From the NCBI GenBank assembly GCA_045803545.1, contig JBJMOW010000004.1:736001-800000 (forward strand): a stretch of DNA of 64,000 bases, in the 5' to 3' direction. Position numbers and translations under genes: made by a program. This stretch comes from Gemmatimonadaceae bacterium. Its GTDB lineage: Bacteria > Gemmatimonadota > Gemmatimonadetes > Gemmatimonadales > Gemmatimonadaceae. The notes under the pieces are model-generated. The model was not told the DNA's origin. It saw only the letters and a program-made list of their open reading frames with translations, and did not search any database. Below are positions 9,090 through 20,031 of this stretch, piece by piece; position 1 is the stretch's first letter; the number at the start of each line of letters is the position of its first letter.

Positions 9090-9686
9090 ATGACAATTAC
9101 CCGCCCAATTGAGACGCATTCCCCTGAGCTGGAAGAGCGCTTCTTCGATCTTTCGATCGACCTGCTGTGCATGCTCGATTTTAACGGCTACTTCAAACGA
9201 CTGAGCCCCTCGTGGGAGCGTACGCTCGGCTTCACCCGCGAGGAGCTCATGTCGCGTCCATTCATCGAATTCGTTCATCCCGATGATCGCGAGCGCACCC
9301 TCAATCAGAACGCTGCCGTGAGACGAGGCGGCCAGGCCCTCGGCTTCGAGAATCGCTACCTACGTAACGACGGCTCGTTCCGCTGGTTCCGCTGGAATGC
9401 GACGTCTGATCCATCGTGGAGCGTTATCTACTCCGTCGCGCGCGACGTCACCGAGATCAAGCGGGCGGCGGAAGAACGCGAGCGCCTGGTTCACGAGCTA
9501 CGAACCGCGCTTGCCGAAGTGAAGACGCTGCAGGAGATACTGCCGATCTGTTCGTTCTGCAGAAAGGTGCGCGACGATGAGAATTACTGGGACACCGTCG
9601 AGAATTACGTGTCAGCGCATACGTCGACGTTGTTCAGCCACAGCATCTGTCCGACCTGCATGGAGATGCACTTCGAAGGTCAGTGA
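9090..9686 (+). CDS. PAS domain protein with C-terminal Cys/His (putative Zn-binding) module
   Basis: FVHPDDRE and ARDVTE PAS/PAC motifs; LPICSFCRKVR...FSHSICPTC. Confidence 0.85.
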   Translation: MTITRPIETHSPELEERFFDLSIDLLCMLDFNGYFKRLSPSWERTLGFTREELMSRPFIEFVHPDDRERTLNQNAAVRRGGQALGFENRYLRNDGSFRWFRWNATSDPSWSVIYSVARDVTEIKRAAEERERLVHELRTALAEVKTLQEILPICSFCRKVRDDENYWDTVENYVSAHTSTLFSHSICPTCMEMHFEGQ

Positions 9687-9691
9687 GTCGC

Positions 9692-10735
9692 TCAGTGTTT
9701 GACGGCGATTAGCCACGACGCGATGATCGGCCCACGCGGTCCGCGCCGACCCGGCTGTGGCGGCGGGGCATTCGCCGGCGGCGGCCCAAACTCGGGCGTG
9801 AAGACATACGCCACGTGCGTCTTGTCGTTGACAGTGATCGTGCGGGCGCCCTGCATCGTCGGAACAGTCGCGAGGACGGTGTATTTGTCCGGCGAATCCT
9901 CGTGCACTACGGTGACATTCCCGCCGCGACCGTCGGGGATGTAGATCAGTTTCTGGGATTGGTCAAAGGCGAGTCCATCGACGCCTTCGCCATTCGGGAT
10001 TTGCGCCACAACCTTGCCCGTGCTTGCGTCGACGACCACCGACGTCTTGCCACAGCCGGAGAAAATGCGATTGGTCTCATGGTCCATTGCGATACCCGTC
10101 GGGCCATCGCACGGATCGATCTTCCAGGTGTCGACGACTTTCCACGTTTTGGTATCGATGACGTCGATTGCGTTCTTGTCTTCGATGTTGACGAAAATGC
10201 GACCCTTTCCGTCGCTTACTCCGCCCTCGGGTCCGTTGCCACTCAGCGTCACGCGACCGATCACATTGCCTGATTTCGCGTCGATCACGACAGCCGTGCC
10301 GGTGGGATGACTGTGGTTGAGCGAAAGCATCGTATTCGTCGGCGCGTCGTACATGAATCCGTCGAGACCGTCGACGCCTGCCGGAATCTTCCTGATCACC
10401 GCCAGAGTTTTGAGATCGAACATCGTCACCGACGAATCGCCACCGTTGGTCGTGAACCCGTGATTCTCGCTCGGCACCAACGCCGCTCCATGCACTCGCG
10501 GAGTGTTGAGAATGTCACCGACGACCTGACCGGTCGCGCCATCGACGACCATGATGTGCGTGCCGCGCGAAACGAACACCCGATTGGTGGCGGTATCGAC
10601 CGACAGGTAATCGAAGAACCCGTCGCCGCCGATGCTCATTTTCTGGGCGGTGAAGGTCTGGGCGCCAAGGTGGGTCGCTGCAAATGTGGTGATCAGCGCG
10701 ATTGCGAGTCGCGCGATTGTTGCCGGGCGGATCAT
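9692..10735 (-). CDS. Secreted YncE/YVTN-family beta-propeller protein
   Basis: Signal peptide; FDYLSVD, VHGAALVP, GPTGIAMD blade repeats. Confidence 0.85.
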   Translation of the reverse strand: MIRPATIARLAIALITTFAATHLGAQTFTAQKMSIGGDGFFDYLSVDTATNRVFVSRGTHIMVVDGATGQVVGDILNTPRVHGAALVPSENHGFTTNGGDSSVTMFDLKTLAVIRKIPAGVDGLDGFMYDAPTNTMLSLNHSHPTGTAVVIDAKSGNVIGRVTLSGNGPEGGVSDGKGRIFVNIEDKNAIDVIDTKTWKVVDTWKIDPCDGPTGIAMDHETNRIFSGCGKTSVVVDASTGKVVAQIPNGEGVDGLAFDQSQKLIYIPDGRGGNVTVVHEDSPDKYTVLATVPTMQGARTITVNDKTHVAYVFTPEFGPPPANAPPPQPGRRGPRGPIIASWLIAVKH

Positions 10736-10844
10736 CAATGCCTCTAAGGTCGGGTGGAGTAAAATGAAGGTGACGGGTGTGCGAAATGAATGCAACTCTT
10801 TAAGATCCCCAGGCACCTGATTTCCCATCTTACGGAGAGCTGAC

Positions 10845-11330
10845 ATGGCTAATCCAGCCAAGAACACCATTTGCCTTTGGTACGATCGTGGCGCCGAGGA
10901 AGCGGCGCGGTTCTACGCCAAGACCTTTCCCGATTCGTCGGTCGGCGCCTTGCATCGCGCGCCGGGAGACAATCCCTCCGGAAAAGAGGGGGATGTGTTG
11001 ACCGTGGACTTTACGGTAATGGGCATCCCCTGCATCGGCCTGAACGGCGGACCAATGTTCAAGCACAGCGAAGCCTTCTCGTTTCAGGTGGCAACCAAGG
11101 ATCAGGAGGAGACCGATCGCTATTGGAACGCGATCGTCAACAACGGTGGCCAGGAAAGCATGTGCGGGTGGTGCAAGGACAAGTGGGGAGTGTCGTGGCA
11201 GATCACGCCGATCGCGCTCACGAAAGCGTTCACCGGCTCGGATCGCGCCGCCGCCAAGCGCGCGTTCGATGCGATGATGCAGATGAAAAAGATCGACATC
11301 GCCAAAATCGAAGCGGCGCGCCGCGGTTGA
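10845..11330 (+). CDS. VOC-fold PhnB-like (3-dmu-9_3-mt) protein
   Basis: GLNGGP, CGWCKDKWGVSWQI. Confidence 0.9.
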   Translation: MANPAKNTICLWYDRGAEEAARFYAKTFPDSSVGALHRAPGDNPSGKEGDVLTVDFTVMGIPCIGLNGGPMFKHSEAFSFQVATKDQEETDRYWNAIVNNGGQESMCGWCKDKWGVSWQITPIALTKAFTGSDRAAAKRAFDAMMQMKKIDIAKIEAARRG

Positions 11331-11339
11331 AGCCTGTCG

Positions 11340-12029
11340 ATGCGACCGCGCGTGATCTGCCATATGGCGACGTCGATCGACGGACGGATTGTCGCCGACG
11401 GCTGGCCTGAAGCTGCTGCTGTGCGCCGAGAGTATGAAACTGTTCACAACAGCTATGGAGCGGACGCATGGATGTGCGGCCGCATCACCATGGAGCCGTT
11501 CGCCGGCGCGCTTCGTTCGGACGAGGAGATAAAGCGTGAGTATGCCGGTCCGCCACGCGAGGATCACATCGCGTCGAATGGGCATGATTCGTTCGCGGTG
11601 GCGATCGATCCGAGCGGTCGGCTGGCGTGGAAGAAGAACGACATCGAGGGCGATCACGTGATCGCCGTGCTCTCCGAGCGCGCGTCGGAGGAGTATCTCG
11701 CTTTTCTGCGTGACCGTGGAGTGTCGTACATCCTTGTCGGCAAGCGCGAAGTGGATCTCGCGGCTGCCCTCGAGAAACTCGCCGCGGGCTTTGGTATTCG
11801 CACGCTTATGCTCGAAGGGGGCGGCCACATCAATGGCGGAATGCTTGCCGCGGGTCTCATCGACGAATTGAGCGTGCTTGTTTCGCCGGTGGCCGATGGG
11901 CGCACCGGCACGCCAGCGCTCTTCGATGTTGATGCTGATCAGATCACACCGCACCGCCTGGCGCTCGATGCGGTGGAACGGAGATCAAACAACATCGTTT
12001 GGTTAAGGTATCGGGTCGAAGCAGAATAA
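11340..12029 (+). CDS. RibD C-terminal / DHFR-fold reductase
   Basis: HMATSIDGRI, LEGGGHING, GLIDELS. Confidence 0.9.
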   Translation: MRPRVICHMATSIDGRIVADGWPEAAAVRREYETVHNSYGADAWMCGRITMEPFAGALRSDEEIKREYAGPPREDHIASNGHDSFAVAIDPSGRLAWKKNDIEGDHVIAVLSERASEEYLAFLRDRGVSYILVGKREVDLAAALEKLAAGFGIRTLMLEGGGHINGGMLAAGLIDELSVLVSPVADGRTGTPALFDVDADQITPHRLALDAVERRSNNIVWLRYRVEAE

Positions 12030-12070
12030 TTCTCTACCAGACCCGGTCGGCACCCGTCAACCTGAAAATG

Positions 12071-15000
12071 TCACTGCGTGGCCACCCACCACATTCGCTG
12101 CAGCGGCTTGTCGCGCGGAGCTATCTCTCTCAATGTGTTCGCGTCGTACAGTCGGCCGTTCTTCATTACATAACGCAGACTGTTCGTGTTCCGGATGTTG
12201 TCCAGCGGGTTTCGGTCGAGGACCTGAAGGTCGGCAAGCTTTCCGGGCTCGAGTGATCCGAGATCTTTTTCGATGCCGATTGCCTCAGCGCCGAAGATGG
12301 TGCCGACCCGCAACACGTCGTGCGCCGGCATTCCACCACTCGCGATGTTCCAGAGCTCCCAGTGAGATCCCAGTCCTTGTAGCTGGCCGTGACCGCCGAG
12401 TCCGACTCTGCCGCCGGCGGCGACGAGCTTCGCACTCTGCGCCGCGATCTGGCTGAAGCTGTACTCGCTGTCGGCGAACCAACCCGGTCGGCGTAGCGCC
12501 CGCTCATCCAGCTCCGAGTGCGGCGTGAAACGCGCCAGCTTGGTGTCCGCATGAATGTCGTAATGCTCGTACCAATAATTCTCGGCCCAGGGACCGCCGT
12601 ACTCGACGATGAGCGTCGGCGTATTGGTGATACCACTCTTTGCCACAACCGTTATCACGTCCTGAAAGAGCGGAGTGATCGGGTAAGCGTGCTCGCTGCC
12701 ACCGTAGCCGTCGATTGCCTCCGTGAGATTCTTCTTGAAATCGAGACCACCCTCCAGAGTTGGCGTGATGTGCTGCTCGCGTGCCGCCATCAGAATCCAC
12801 TGCCGCTGCATTCGCTGCCCGACCATGTATTGCTTGAGGGTGTGCGTCTGGTAGAAGTCGGAGTAGCGCGTCAGGACTTCGCGTGCATCATCGAGACTTG
12901 AAATCTCATCGGACCAGAACACGCCCGGCCCAGTACTGAAGATTCTCGGCCCGATCATGTCTCCGGTCTCGACGAGATCGCCGTACGTCAGAACGTCCGT
13001 CGTGCTCGTCTGCGGGTCGCGCGTCGTCGTCACACCATAGGCGAGGTTGACGAGATACTCGTAGACCTGCGTCTTGTGGATCCCCCACGTCGGCCACATG
13101 TGGGAGTGAATGTCGATGAAGCCGGGAATGATCGTTGTTCCGCTTACATCGATGGACTTCGCTCCCGCCGGGATTGCGACGCTTCCGCTTGGTCCGATCG
13201 CGGTGATGCGATTGTTCGTCACGACGATGTCGCCGTTGTCGATGATCTCGTTGCCCTTCATCGTGATGATGCGCGCGCCGTGCAGCGCGATCACTCCCGA
13301 TGGACGATCCTTGAGAGCAGTGATCGACACGTCCATGCGTGTCGCGGCATAGGCCGGCTTGGGCTTCGCACTGGTGTCTGGTTTCGCGTTCGCCTTGGTC
13401 AGACTGTCGGCCCGTCGTGTCGAATCGGCGATAGCTTTATCCGCCGCCGCGAGATCATAAGTGAAAAACGATCGGCCGAGTGACCAGTACGCTGTCTGGC
13501 CATCGCCCTTCCAGCCGAGGAAATCACCGCCGACGCGCGTTAGCCTCCGTATCGGAACCGGAGCTGCCTCGGCGTTGGAGATCGAGATCGTCGGCGTGAC
13601 GCCACCGGTCACCGGCACCGCGACCAGATAGACCTTGTTGTCGACCTGGACGAGTGCCTGATCGCCGTCAGGATTGAGAATCACTTCGTCTGCCGGATTG
13701 GGCCGCGGCGGATCGTTGAGGTTCTCCATGTAGCCGGTGATCTTCACGTGCGCGCGTCGGTCCGTGCCGTCCCAGCGCATGGAGACTACTCCATCGACAG
13801 GGTCGTAAATGAAAACCCGGGCGGTATCGTGCGTGAAATGCGGACGGCCGTAATAATTGAGCGGCGCAATCTGAGTGACATCACCACCGTTCGCGGGCAG
13901 CCAAACGAGCTCCTGCACGCGCGGCCCTGGCCCGTCGAACTCGTTGCTCTTCTCGATGCGCTGTTCTCGCGGGCCTCGCACGACGACGAGTCGCCGGCCA
14001 GTCGGATCGTAGTTCAGATCTTCATAGAACGCACTCTGCCGTGTCAGTCGCTCCGGCTGCCGGCCGTTCCTGTCGACCGCTACGCGCCACACATCGCCGC
14101 CTTCTTCAGACCATGTTACGTACGCGACGTACTTGCCGTCGGGACTCCACACCGGTGAGTGTTCTCCCAGAGTGCTCGTCGTGAGTCGACGCGGACGCCC
14201 GTTTGGCAGATCCATCAGCCACAGCTTGTCCAACGCAGTGAACGTCAGCTGCTTGCCGTTCGGCGACGGCCGCGCGTTTCGAATCTGCTTGACCGTAAGC
14301 ACCGAGTCGTCGATCGGATAATCGAACTTTACCAGCGGTCCGAGGTCGACCTGGACATCCGCCGAGAATGGGATTGGTGTCGCGCTTCCGCCCGGAACAT
14401 CGAGCTTCCACAGCTTTCCGCCGTTGGTGATGACGATTGCTTTCGAGTCGGGCGTCCAGGCATAGCCCGGAAGCAGATCGCGCGTGAAGCGTGATTCCGA
14501 GTCGTCGCGTTGAATGTCGCGTGCCACCCATACTTCGTCGCCCGAAGCCAGATTGCGCAGCCGCAAGGCGGTCTTGCTGTCCAACCGGCTACCATAGGCC
14601 AGCCACTTTCCGTCTGGACTCACCGCGGGTCGCATCGCGCCGCCGACGCTGGTGGTGCGCTGATAGGTCTTTCCCGTGCTGCGGTCGTAGACGCCAAGCT
14701 GCCATCGATCACTCAGCATCTGGTTGTACCTGAAACCGCCCTGCTTGATCGCAGCGTAGATGTAGCGGTTGTCGGGCGCGGCCGACGCGCCGAGGTAGTT
14801 GTCGAACGACGGTGGATTGAGCGGATCGGGTGGCCCTGACGGTGCGCCGGTACCTTTGCCGGTAATCGCTATGCCCGTTCCACCATTCTTGTTGACCAGG
14901 ACGAGGTCATACTTGCTACCGAGTATGCCCTGCTTGTTGCGGGATACGACGATGTATTTGCCGTCGTGCGTCCATGCCGGCGAGATGTACTGCGCATCCT

Positions 15001-15436
15001 TGTCCTTGGTGATCGCGCGCACATTGGCGCCGCTCGGCTCGACCAGCCACAGGTTCTCGTAGCCGCTGCGATCGCTGACGAAGACGATGCTTCTTCCGTC
15101 GGGCGAGAATCTCGGCTGGCCGTCGAATCCCATCCCGCTGGTGATGCGCGTCGCTTTGCCGCCGCTGATCGGAACAGTGTAAAGATCGCCAACGAGATCG
15201 AAGACGATCGTTTTGCCGTCGGGCGAAACATCGAGCGACATCCAGGTGCCTTCCTCAGTAGTAAACGACGCCTGGCGTGCTGGCAGAATCGGAAGGTCGG
15301 AGTTGGGCGCGGTCTTCCGAGTGGTGTCGCTGGTCTTCTTTGCGGTGTCAGCCGGTTTGTCCTGTGCGGCTGCCATGACGGGTACAACGCAAAGAGCGAT
15401 CGCTACGGAGACGAGACGAACAGTCGGCCAAGGCAT
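12071..15436 (-). CDS. Secreted amidohydrolase with N-terminal PD40 propellers
   Basis: Signal peptide; SPDG repeats; PGFIDIHSH; GSLEPGKLAD. Confidence 0.92.
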   Translation of the reverse strand: MPWPTVRLVSVAIALCVVPVMAAAQDKPADTAKKTSDTTRKTAPNSDLPILPARQASFTTEEGTWMSLDVSPDGKTIVFDLVGDLYTVPISGGKATRITSGMGFDGQPRFSPDGRSIVFVSDRSGYENLWLVEPSGANVRAITKDKDAQYISPAWTHDGKYIVVSRNKQGILGSKYDLVLVNKNGGTGIAITGKGTGAPSGPPDPLNPPSFDNYLGASAAPDNRYIYAAIKQGGFRYNQMLSDRWQLGVYDRSTGKTYQRTTSVGGAMRPAVSPDGKWLAYGSRLDSKTALRLRNLASGDEVWVARDIQRDDSESRFTRDLLPGYAWTPDSKAIVITNGGKLWKLDVPGGSATPIPFSADVQVDLGPLVKFDYPIDDSVLTVKQIRNARPSPNGKQLTFTALDKLWLMDLPNGRPRRLTTSTLGEHSPVWSPDGKYVAYVTWSEEGGDVWRVAVDRNGRQPERLTRQSAFYEDLNYDPTGRRLVVVRGPREQRIEKSNEFDGPGPRVQELVWLPANGGDVTQIAPLNYYGRPHFTHDTARVFIYDPVDGVVSMRWDGTDRRAHVKITGYMENLNDPPRPNPADEVILNPDGDQALVQVDNKVYLVAVPVTGGVTPTISISNAEAAPVPIRRLTRVGGDFLGWKGDGQTAYWSLGRSFFTYDLAAADKAIADSTRRADSLTKANAKPDTSAKPKPAYAATRMDVSITALKDRPSGVIALHGARIITMKGNEIIDNGDIVVTNNRITAIGPSGSVAIPAGAKSIDVSGTTIIPGFIDIHSHMWPTWGIHKTQVYEYLVNLAYGVTTTRDPQTSTTDVLTYGDLVETGDMIGPRIFSTGPGVFWSDEISSLDDAREVLTRYSDFYQTHTLKQYMVGQRMQRQWILMAAREQHITPTLEGGLDFKKNLTEAIDGYGGSEHAYPITPLFQDVITVVAKSGITNTPTLIVEYGGPWAENYWYEHYDIHADTKLARFTPHSELDERALRRPGWFADSEYSFSQIAAQSAKLVAAGGRVGLGGHGQLQGLGSHWELWNIASGGMPAHDVLRVGTIFGAEAIGIEKDLGSLEPGKLADLQVLDRNPLDNIRNTNSLRYVMKNGRLYDANTLREIAPRDKPLQRMWWVATQ

Positions 15437-15583
15437 ACCGCGATTCCGTGGGAGGGGGATCTAACGTTGCACGTGATTGGGTCGACGGCAAGATCCCGTG
15501 CTCTAGATGTTCAAGGCGCCACCGCCAGATTGACACTCTTCAAGGCGTGCTGCAGGTTCTTTTCACAAGGCCGCGAACCAATA

Positions 15584-16441
15584 ATGATCGCAGCGCGCAC
15601 AATGCTGACTACCGCGGTCATCCTGCTCGGAGCCTGCGGGCGAACACAACCGGTATCGAGGACTAAAGATTCGTCCGTTGCTCACACGGATGCCGGCACC
15701 GCTTTGGTTAGCCGCGTCACGCAGGGAAGCTTCGCGTTCGCCAATTCCGACGGCACTCAATTGCTGGCGCTGGATTCCCTGGCGGATCCGTCGACGATTC
15801 TGGGTGCCGTCTGCTCTGGAGGTGTTGCTGTCACCGCCCGATACGACCATCGCGCTACTCGCCAGTCGGGTGGCAACGGCAGGCAGGTCGCAGCGAATTT
15901 CGCCAATGAGCAAGGCGACGTATTTCGTGTGAGCGGAAGCAAAGCTACCTCCGACCAGACCTGCTACCTCTCGGCCGACTCGCTGCTTATGGCCAGTGCG
16001 CGCGGGGCGACAATGCAGAAACCCGCGGATTGTGCGACAGAGCAAGTGTCCCGCATTGCGGCGGCCAAGAGTCGCCAGGTTATTCATTGCTGGGACATCG
16101 CCAGCGCACCGACTCATGTCGAGGTCCTGGCAGTTCAATTCGCCGACATCGATTCCGCTGCGCTCGCCAGTCTCGTGGTGTTCAGCGGCAGTTCCCTGTG
16201 GTTCGACGATTTCCCCGCCGTTCATCGCGCCGGCGATGAGAGTGTGTGGCGTGTGGATGACGAAGGTGTGTTCTCTCCCACCAGCTTCGATGTCCTGTTC
16301 GTCGCTGAGTCACCCGATGGCCTGGTGATCGCGATTACCTGGGCAGGCGCCGAAGGGGAGGACTCGTATCTTCTGCGCACCGACTCCGCAGCTAGCCTGC
16401 GCACATTGAGCAAAGCCTATCGTTACTGGTCGCCCACGTAG
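15584..16441 (+). CDS. Hypothetical lipoprotein
   Basis: Lipobox LLGAC after ATG 15584; C-terminal WAGAEG. Confidence 0.7.
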   Translation: MIAARTMLTTAVILLGACGRTQPVSRTKDSSVAHTDAGTALVSRVTQGSFAFANSDGTQLLALDSLADPSTILGAVCSGGVAVTARYDHRATRQSGGNGRQVAANFANEQGDVFRVSGSKATSDQTCYLSADSLLMASARGATMQKPADCATEQVSRIAAAKSRQVIHCWDIASAPTHVEVLAVQFADIDSAALASLVVFSGSSLWFDDFPAVHRAGDESVWRVDDEGVFSPTSFDVLFVAESPDGLVIAITWAGAEGEDSYLLRTDSAASLRTLSKAYRYWSPT

Positions 16442-16562
16442 ACCCAATGAGGTATGTGGCTAAGAATTGGCTGCAGGTTGTTGGTCAGCGCATAGGCCAG
16501 GGCTTTGCAGCATAATGTCGTACGGCTGTAAAACGTGGCCGATTACAATCACCGGAGCATCA

Positions 16563-16814
16563 ATGACCGAAAGGAACAACGACAACCGCAACAAGAGCGG
16601 CGCGGCAGACGACTCAGAGGAAAGCTTGGAGAAGGAACTGTCGCGCGAGGCGAAGGAAGGCGCAGACTCACTCGGCGACGTCGGGTCGAACCGAACGCTG
16701 AGCGGATCCTCATCCTGGGAAACGTTGCCCGACGAGAGTTCCGATGGCGGCAATGCGAAATCGGGAGACAAACCCAGCCAGTCGCCGTCGAGCCCGCGAA
16801 AAGAGTCGCGCTAG
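16563..16814 (+). CDS. Small acidic low-complexity protein
   Basis: GGAG RBS; 83 aa, hydrophilic D/E/S-rich. Confidence 0.55.
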   Translation: MTERNNDNRNKSGAADDSEESLEKELSREAKEGADSLGDVGSNRTLSGSSSWETLPDESSDGGNAKSGDKPSQSPSSPRKESR

Positions 16815-16816
16815 GA

Positions 16817-18898
16817 TTACCTCGGGTAAGGCGCCAACCCCGGCATACTGGCGGGTATGCCGAGGCTTTCCGCGGGCGGCAGCCTGTGACTCCGATACCA
16901 CTCCTGCCGTGCAAGATTGACCCTGTCGCCGCGCTCGATCCATAGCTGCGTCGCGAGATCGTAACGCGCCAGAACGTTGTGCAACCAATACGGGCGATTC
17001 TCTCTCAGCCACGCCTTTTCGTATTCGTCCCGGATCAACGAGAGACCGTCGCGCAGATCCTGTAGTCTGCCGTTGACGCCGGTGATGTCCGCGAGATCGC
17101 GCTGCGGCGCTTTACTCGTCGTGTCGCGCGCGCGGTCGTACATCGCCACTACTTCGTCGGCGAACTGAAACTTCATCCCGATGAAATCCATCCTTCGCGC
17201 GCCGAGCTTCATCGCCTCGATCGCATCGCGCTCACGCGCCACGGGCTCGGCTTGCGCAATCAACACCAGCGTCGATTCCGCGAGAATGCGCAGGTCGTGG
17301 GTGTAAGGTCTGATGCGCTGCGCCATGCTGCGTCCTTCATCGCTCCATGGATCCAGCCAGAACAAGTAGTTGCTCGCATCGCCGACCTTGGCGTTGGTCA
17401 ACAACGCGTGGGCCGCTGAGAGGCGTCGCTGCGCTTCGTCGATCTTGCCGCTCACGTCACCGTGAAACACTCGGCCGTAACTCGAAGCGAACGCGTCGAT
17501 GCTACTTTCACCTGATTGCCACGCCGCGGCCGCGCCGAAGAGATCGCCGTACCACGTCTGATTGAAAAGCGCCTCGCCGTCGTCGTCCCACGAAGTGTTG
17601 ATCATTCCGGTGGCGCCGAGTCGCTGTCCATCGCGCACGAAACGCTGGATGTTGACGAGAGCGTTGGAGTTGTTGGGATAGACCCGATTCCAGCTGCTGA
17701 CGCCGGGTGCGACCCAGGTCTCCATTCCGACGTCGCGAAACGGCTTGATGAACCGCACGTACGATGTATCCGCGCCGTAAGTCCATGGTACGGCAATCAG
17801 ATCTTTCGGGATCGTATTCACCAGCTCGGGTGAGCTCAACGCGACATCGCCCCAGAACAGAAATTTCTTCCCGCTCGGCCGCAGCGCGTCCGCGATCTGC
17901 CTGAGAAAGTCGAGATAGACGGTGCCGATTCCGACGGACTTGACCCTGTCCGCGGTTTGCCCGCGACCGAGCTCGAACGTTTCGTCGGCGCCGAGGTGAA
18001 CGAAGCGGCTCGGAAAGAGCGAGAAAATCTCCGCGAACATCTGCCTGATGAGCGGGAGCGAGCCTGGTTGTCCCGGCGCGAGCACATGTCCGTGCGACGT
18101 TTCTCCAAGCGGTGAATAGATCTCGTACTTCAGCAGGTGGTGCAGGTGTCCGAACGCTTCCTGCTCGGGAATGATGTCGACGTGATAGTTGGCCGCGTAC
18201 GCGACGAGCTCCTTCACATCGGCGTGAGTCATCGCGCCACCGGGCGGCGCGATCAGCGGATTCGACTCGTAGGCGAGAGTGTGCTCGAAGTACGGCGAGA
18301 AGAAGTTGACCTTGTACGCAGCGAGTGTTCGGATTTGTTTCTTCTGAAAGTCGAGCGTCGGTACGGGTCCGCGCGAGATATCGTCGTGAAATCCGCGGTA
18401 GCGCATCGCGGGCCAGTCGCGGATCGTCGCCCGATAGAGTTTCGCCTGTGCACCGTCGCCACTGACTAGCTGCTTCAGCGTCTGCGCGCCGTAGAACACT
18501 CCGGCCGCGGTTGCACCGATCACGACGAGGCGATTGCCATCGGGGATGATTACGTAGCCTTCGTCGTGCATCGCGGAATCAACGGTGAGCGAGTGGCGGC
18601 GCAGCACGGTCCTGGCGGCGGAAGCGTCCGCGCGCATCAGCACCACATTGGTGCCGGGACCGGACTCGCCATTCACCACGCGAATCCCGCGATCCTTGAG
18701 AGCCGCCGCGAGATCCGACGCCGCGAAGCGATCTTCGGCGGACGCCGGTCGGGCGATGGTGATTCCTCGAGCGACCGACAGCGCCGTGCCGTTCACGCTC
18801 ATCTCTCGCGGCTGCGGAATGAGGTGAAGATCCATTTGAGCGGCCAATGGTCTGGCCAGGCTGACCACGAACAGAGCGAAGACCGCTGGAGATTTCAT
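16817..18898 (-). CDS. GH20 beta-N-acetylhexosaminidase
   Basis: IRDWP, DISRG, catalytic HLGADE; ATGA overlap with the upstream esterase. Confidence 0.92.
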   Translation of the reverse strand: MKSPAVFALFVVSLARPLAAQMDLHLIPQPREMSVNGTALSVARGITIARPASAEDRFAASDLAAALKDRGIRVVNGESGPGTNVVLMRADASAARTVLRRHSLTVDSAMHDEGYVIIPDGNRLVVIGATAAGVFYGAQTLKQLVSGDGAQAKLYRATIRDWPAMRYRGFHDDISRGPVPTLDFQKKQIRTLAAYKVNFFSPYFEHTLAYESNPLIAPPGGAMTHADVKELVAYAANYHVDIIPEQEAFGHLHHLLKYEIYSPLGETSHGHVLAPGQPGSLPLIRQMFAEIFSLFPSRFVHLGADETFELGRGQTADRVKSVGIGTVYLDFLRQIADALRPSGKKFLFWGDVALSSPELVNTIPKDLIAVPWTYGADTSYVRFIKPFRDVGMETWVAPGVSSWNRVYPNNSNALVNIQRFVRDGQRLGATGMINTSWDDDGEALFNQTWYGDLFGAAAAWQSGESSIDAFASSYGRVFHGDVSGKIDEAQRRLSAAHALLTNAKVGDASNYLFWLDPWSDEGRSMAQRIRPYTHDLRILAESTLVLIAQAEPVARERDAIEAMKLGARRMDFIGMKFQFADEVVAMYDRARDTTSKAPQRDLADITGVNGRLQDLRDGLSLIRDEYEKAWLRENRPYWLHNVLARYDLATQLWIERGDRVNLARQEWYRSHRLPPAESLGIPASMPGLAPYPR

Positions 18899-20031
18899 TT
18901 CGGATAGCCTTGCCACAGCCATTCGAGCGCCTCGGGCAACGTTTGCTGTTTCACTGCCCGGTCGACGTGCTCGGCGTTGCGAGCGAACACGAACTGATAG
19001 TGATAGTTCCTGGCAGCGAGCACCTTCGCCATGCTCTCGCTGGCGATCACCCAGTCGTGCATACCGTCGCGCATGATGTTCGGATTGAGAAAGTCCCTGT
19101 CGCCGACTTCCAGCCAGACCCGAATCGGTTTGGTTGGGCTACCGGGAATCAGACGCTCGTGAAATTCCCAGGCGCCATGCGGCGTCTCCGCACTATGCGG
19201 CCATTGCTGGTTGATGGCGGTGATCGAATAGGTGAGTACGCGATGATAGAGATCGGGGCGATACCACGCCATGATGAATGCCGCGGATCCGCCGGAGCTG
19301 CCGCCCATCGTCGCCCGTCCGTCCGGATCTTTGGTGAGCGTCACGTTGTACTGCCGTTCGACGACAGGGAGTACCTCCGTCTCGACGAATTCGGCGTAGC
19401 GCCCCGACATCGTGTCGTACTCGAGGCTGCGCTCGCTGCCCTGCGCATCGCCGCCGCCATTTCCGATCGAGATCGCGATCATCACCGGCACCTTCTTCGC
19501 GGCGATGAGATTGTCGAGCGCGGTGAACAAGGAGTAATCGGGCCCATCGGCGCCTACTATAAAAGGTGCGGCCCGGCCGGGGACGTATTGGGCCGGCACA
19601 TAGACGGCGACGGTGCGCGTGTAAGGAGCCGGCCGACTGGTGGTGACGATTAGAGTGGCGGGATCGGTTGGACTTACGACGCCGAACGTACCCGAATCGC
19701 GAGCGATGCCGGGAAAGAGCTTGCTGTCTTTCGAGCTCATGATAAAGGTGTAGATCTTTCCGCGCGGCACACCTTCGCGCACGACCATCTCTGGAGCTGG
19801 AGGATGCGTCGGCCCGATGATGAAATTGCCCTCGACGTCGGCGGGCGGAACGGTGCCGTCGGTTAGCTCCGTTGCTGCGACGAATCCCGGCGTGTGCGGA
19901 TCACGTGTCGGAGCGAGTCGATTCTGAGCACTGAGTAAGCCGACATCCAGAAAAACTGCTGCCAGTACGGTCCCACTGCTGATTCTCGTAACGATGGCAG
20001 ATGGGAAAAACAGAGTCCGCTTCGATCTCAA
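18895..20031 (-). CDS. Fes-like alpha/beta esterase
   Basis: VYVPAQY, GGSSGG nucleophile elbow; start uncertain. Confidence 0.85.
   Translation of the reverse strand: MRSKRTLFFPSAIVTRISSGTVLAAVFLDVGLLSAQNRLAPTRDPHTPGFVAATELTDGTVPPADVEGNFIIGPTHPPAPEMVVREGVPRGKIYTFIMSSKDSKLFPGIARDSGTFGVVSPTDPATLIVTTSRPAPYTRTVAVYVPAQYVPGRAAPFIVGADGPDYSLFTALDNLIAAKKVPVMIAISIGNGGGDAQGSERSLEYDTMSGRYAEFVETEVLPVVERQYNVTLTKDPDGRATMGGSSGGSAAFIMAWYRPDLYHRVLTYSITAINQQWPHSAETPHGAWEFHERLIPGSPTKPIRVWLEVGDRDFLNPNIMRDGMHDWVIASESMAKVLAARNYHYQFVFARNAEHVDRAVKQQTLPEALEWLWQGYPK

Noticed and set aside
14966..15583. N-terminal extension of the 491-aa ORF
   Set aside because: Overlaps the amidohydrolase antisense; the lipoprotein signal begins at 15584
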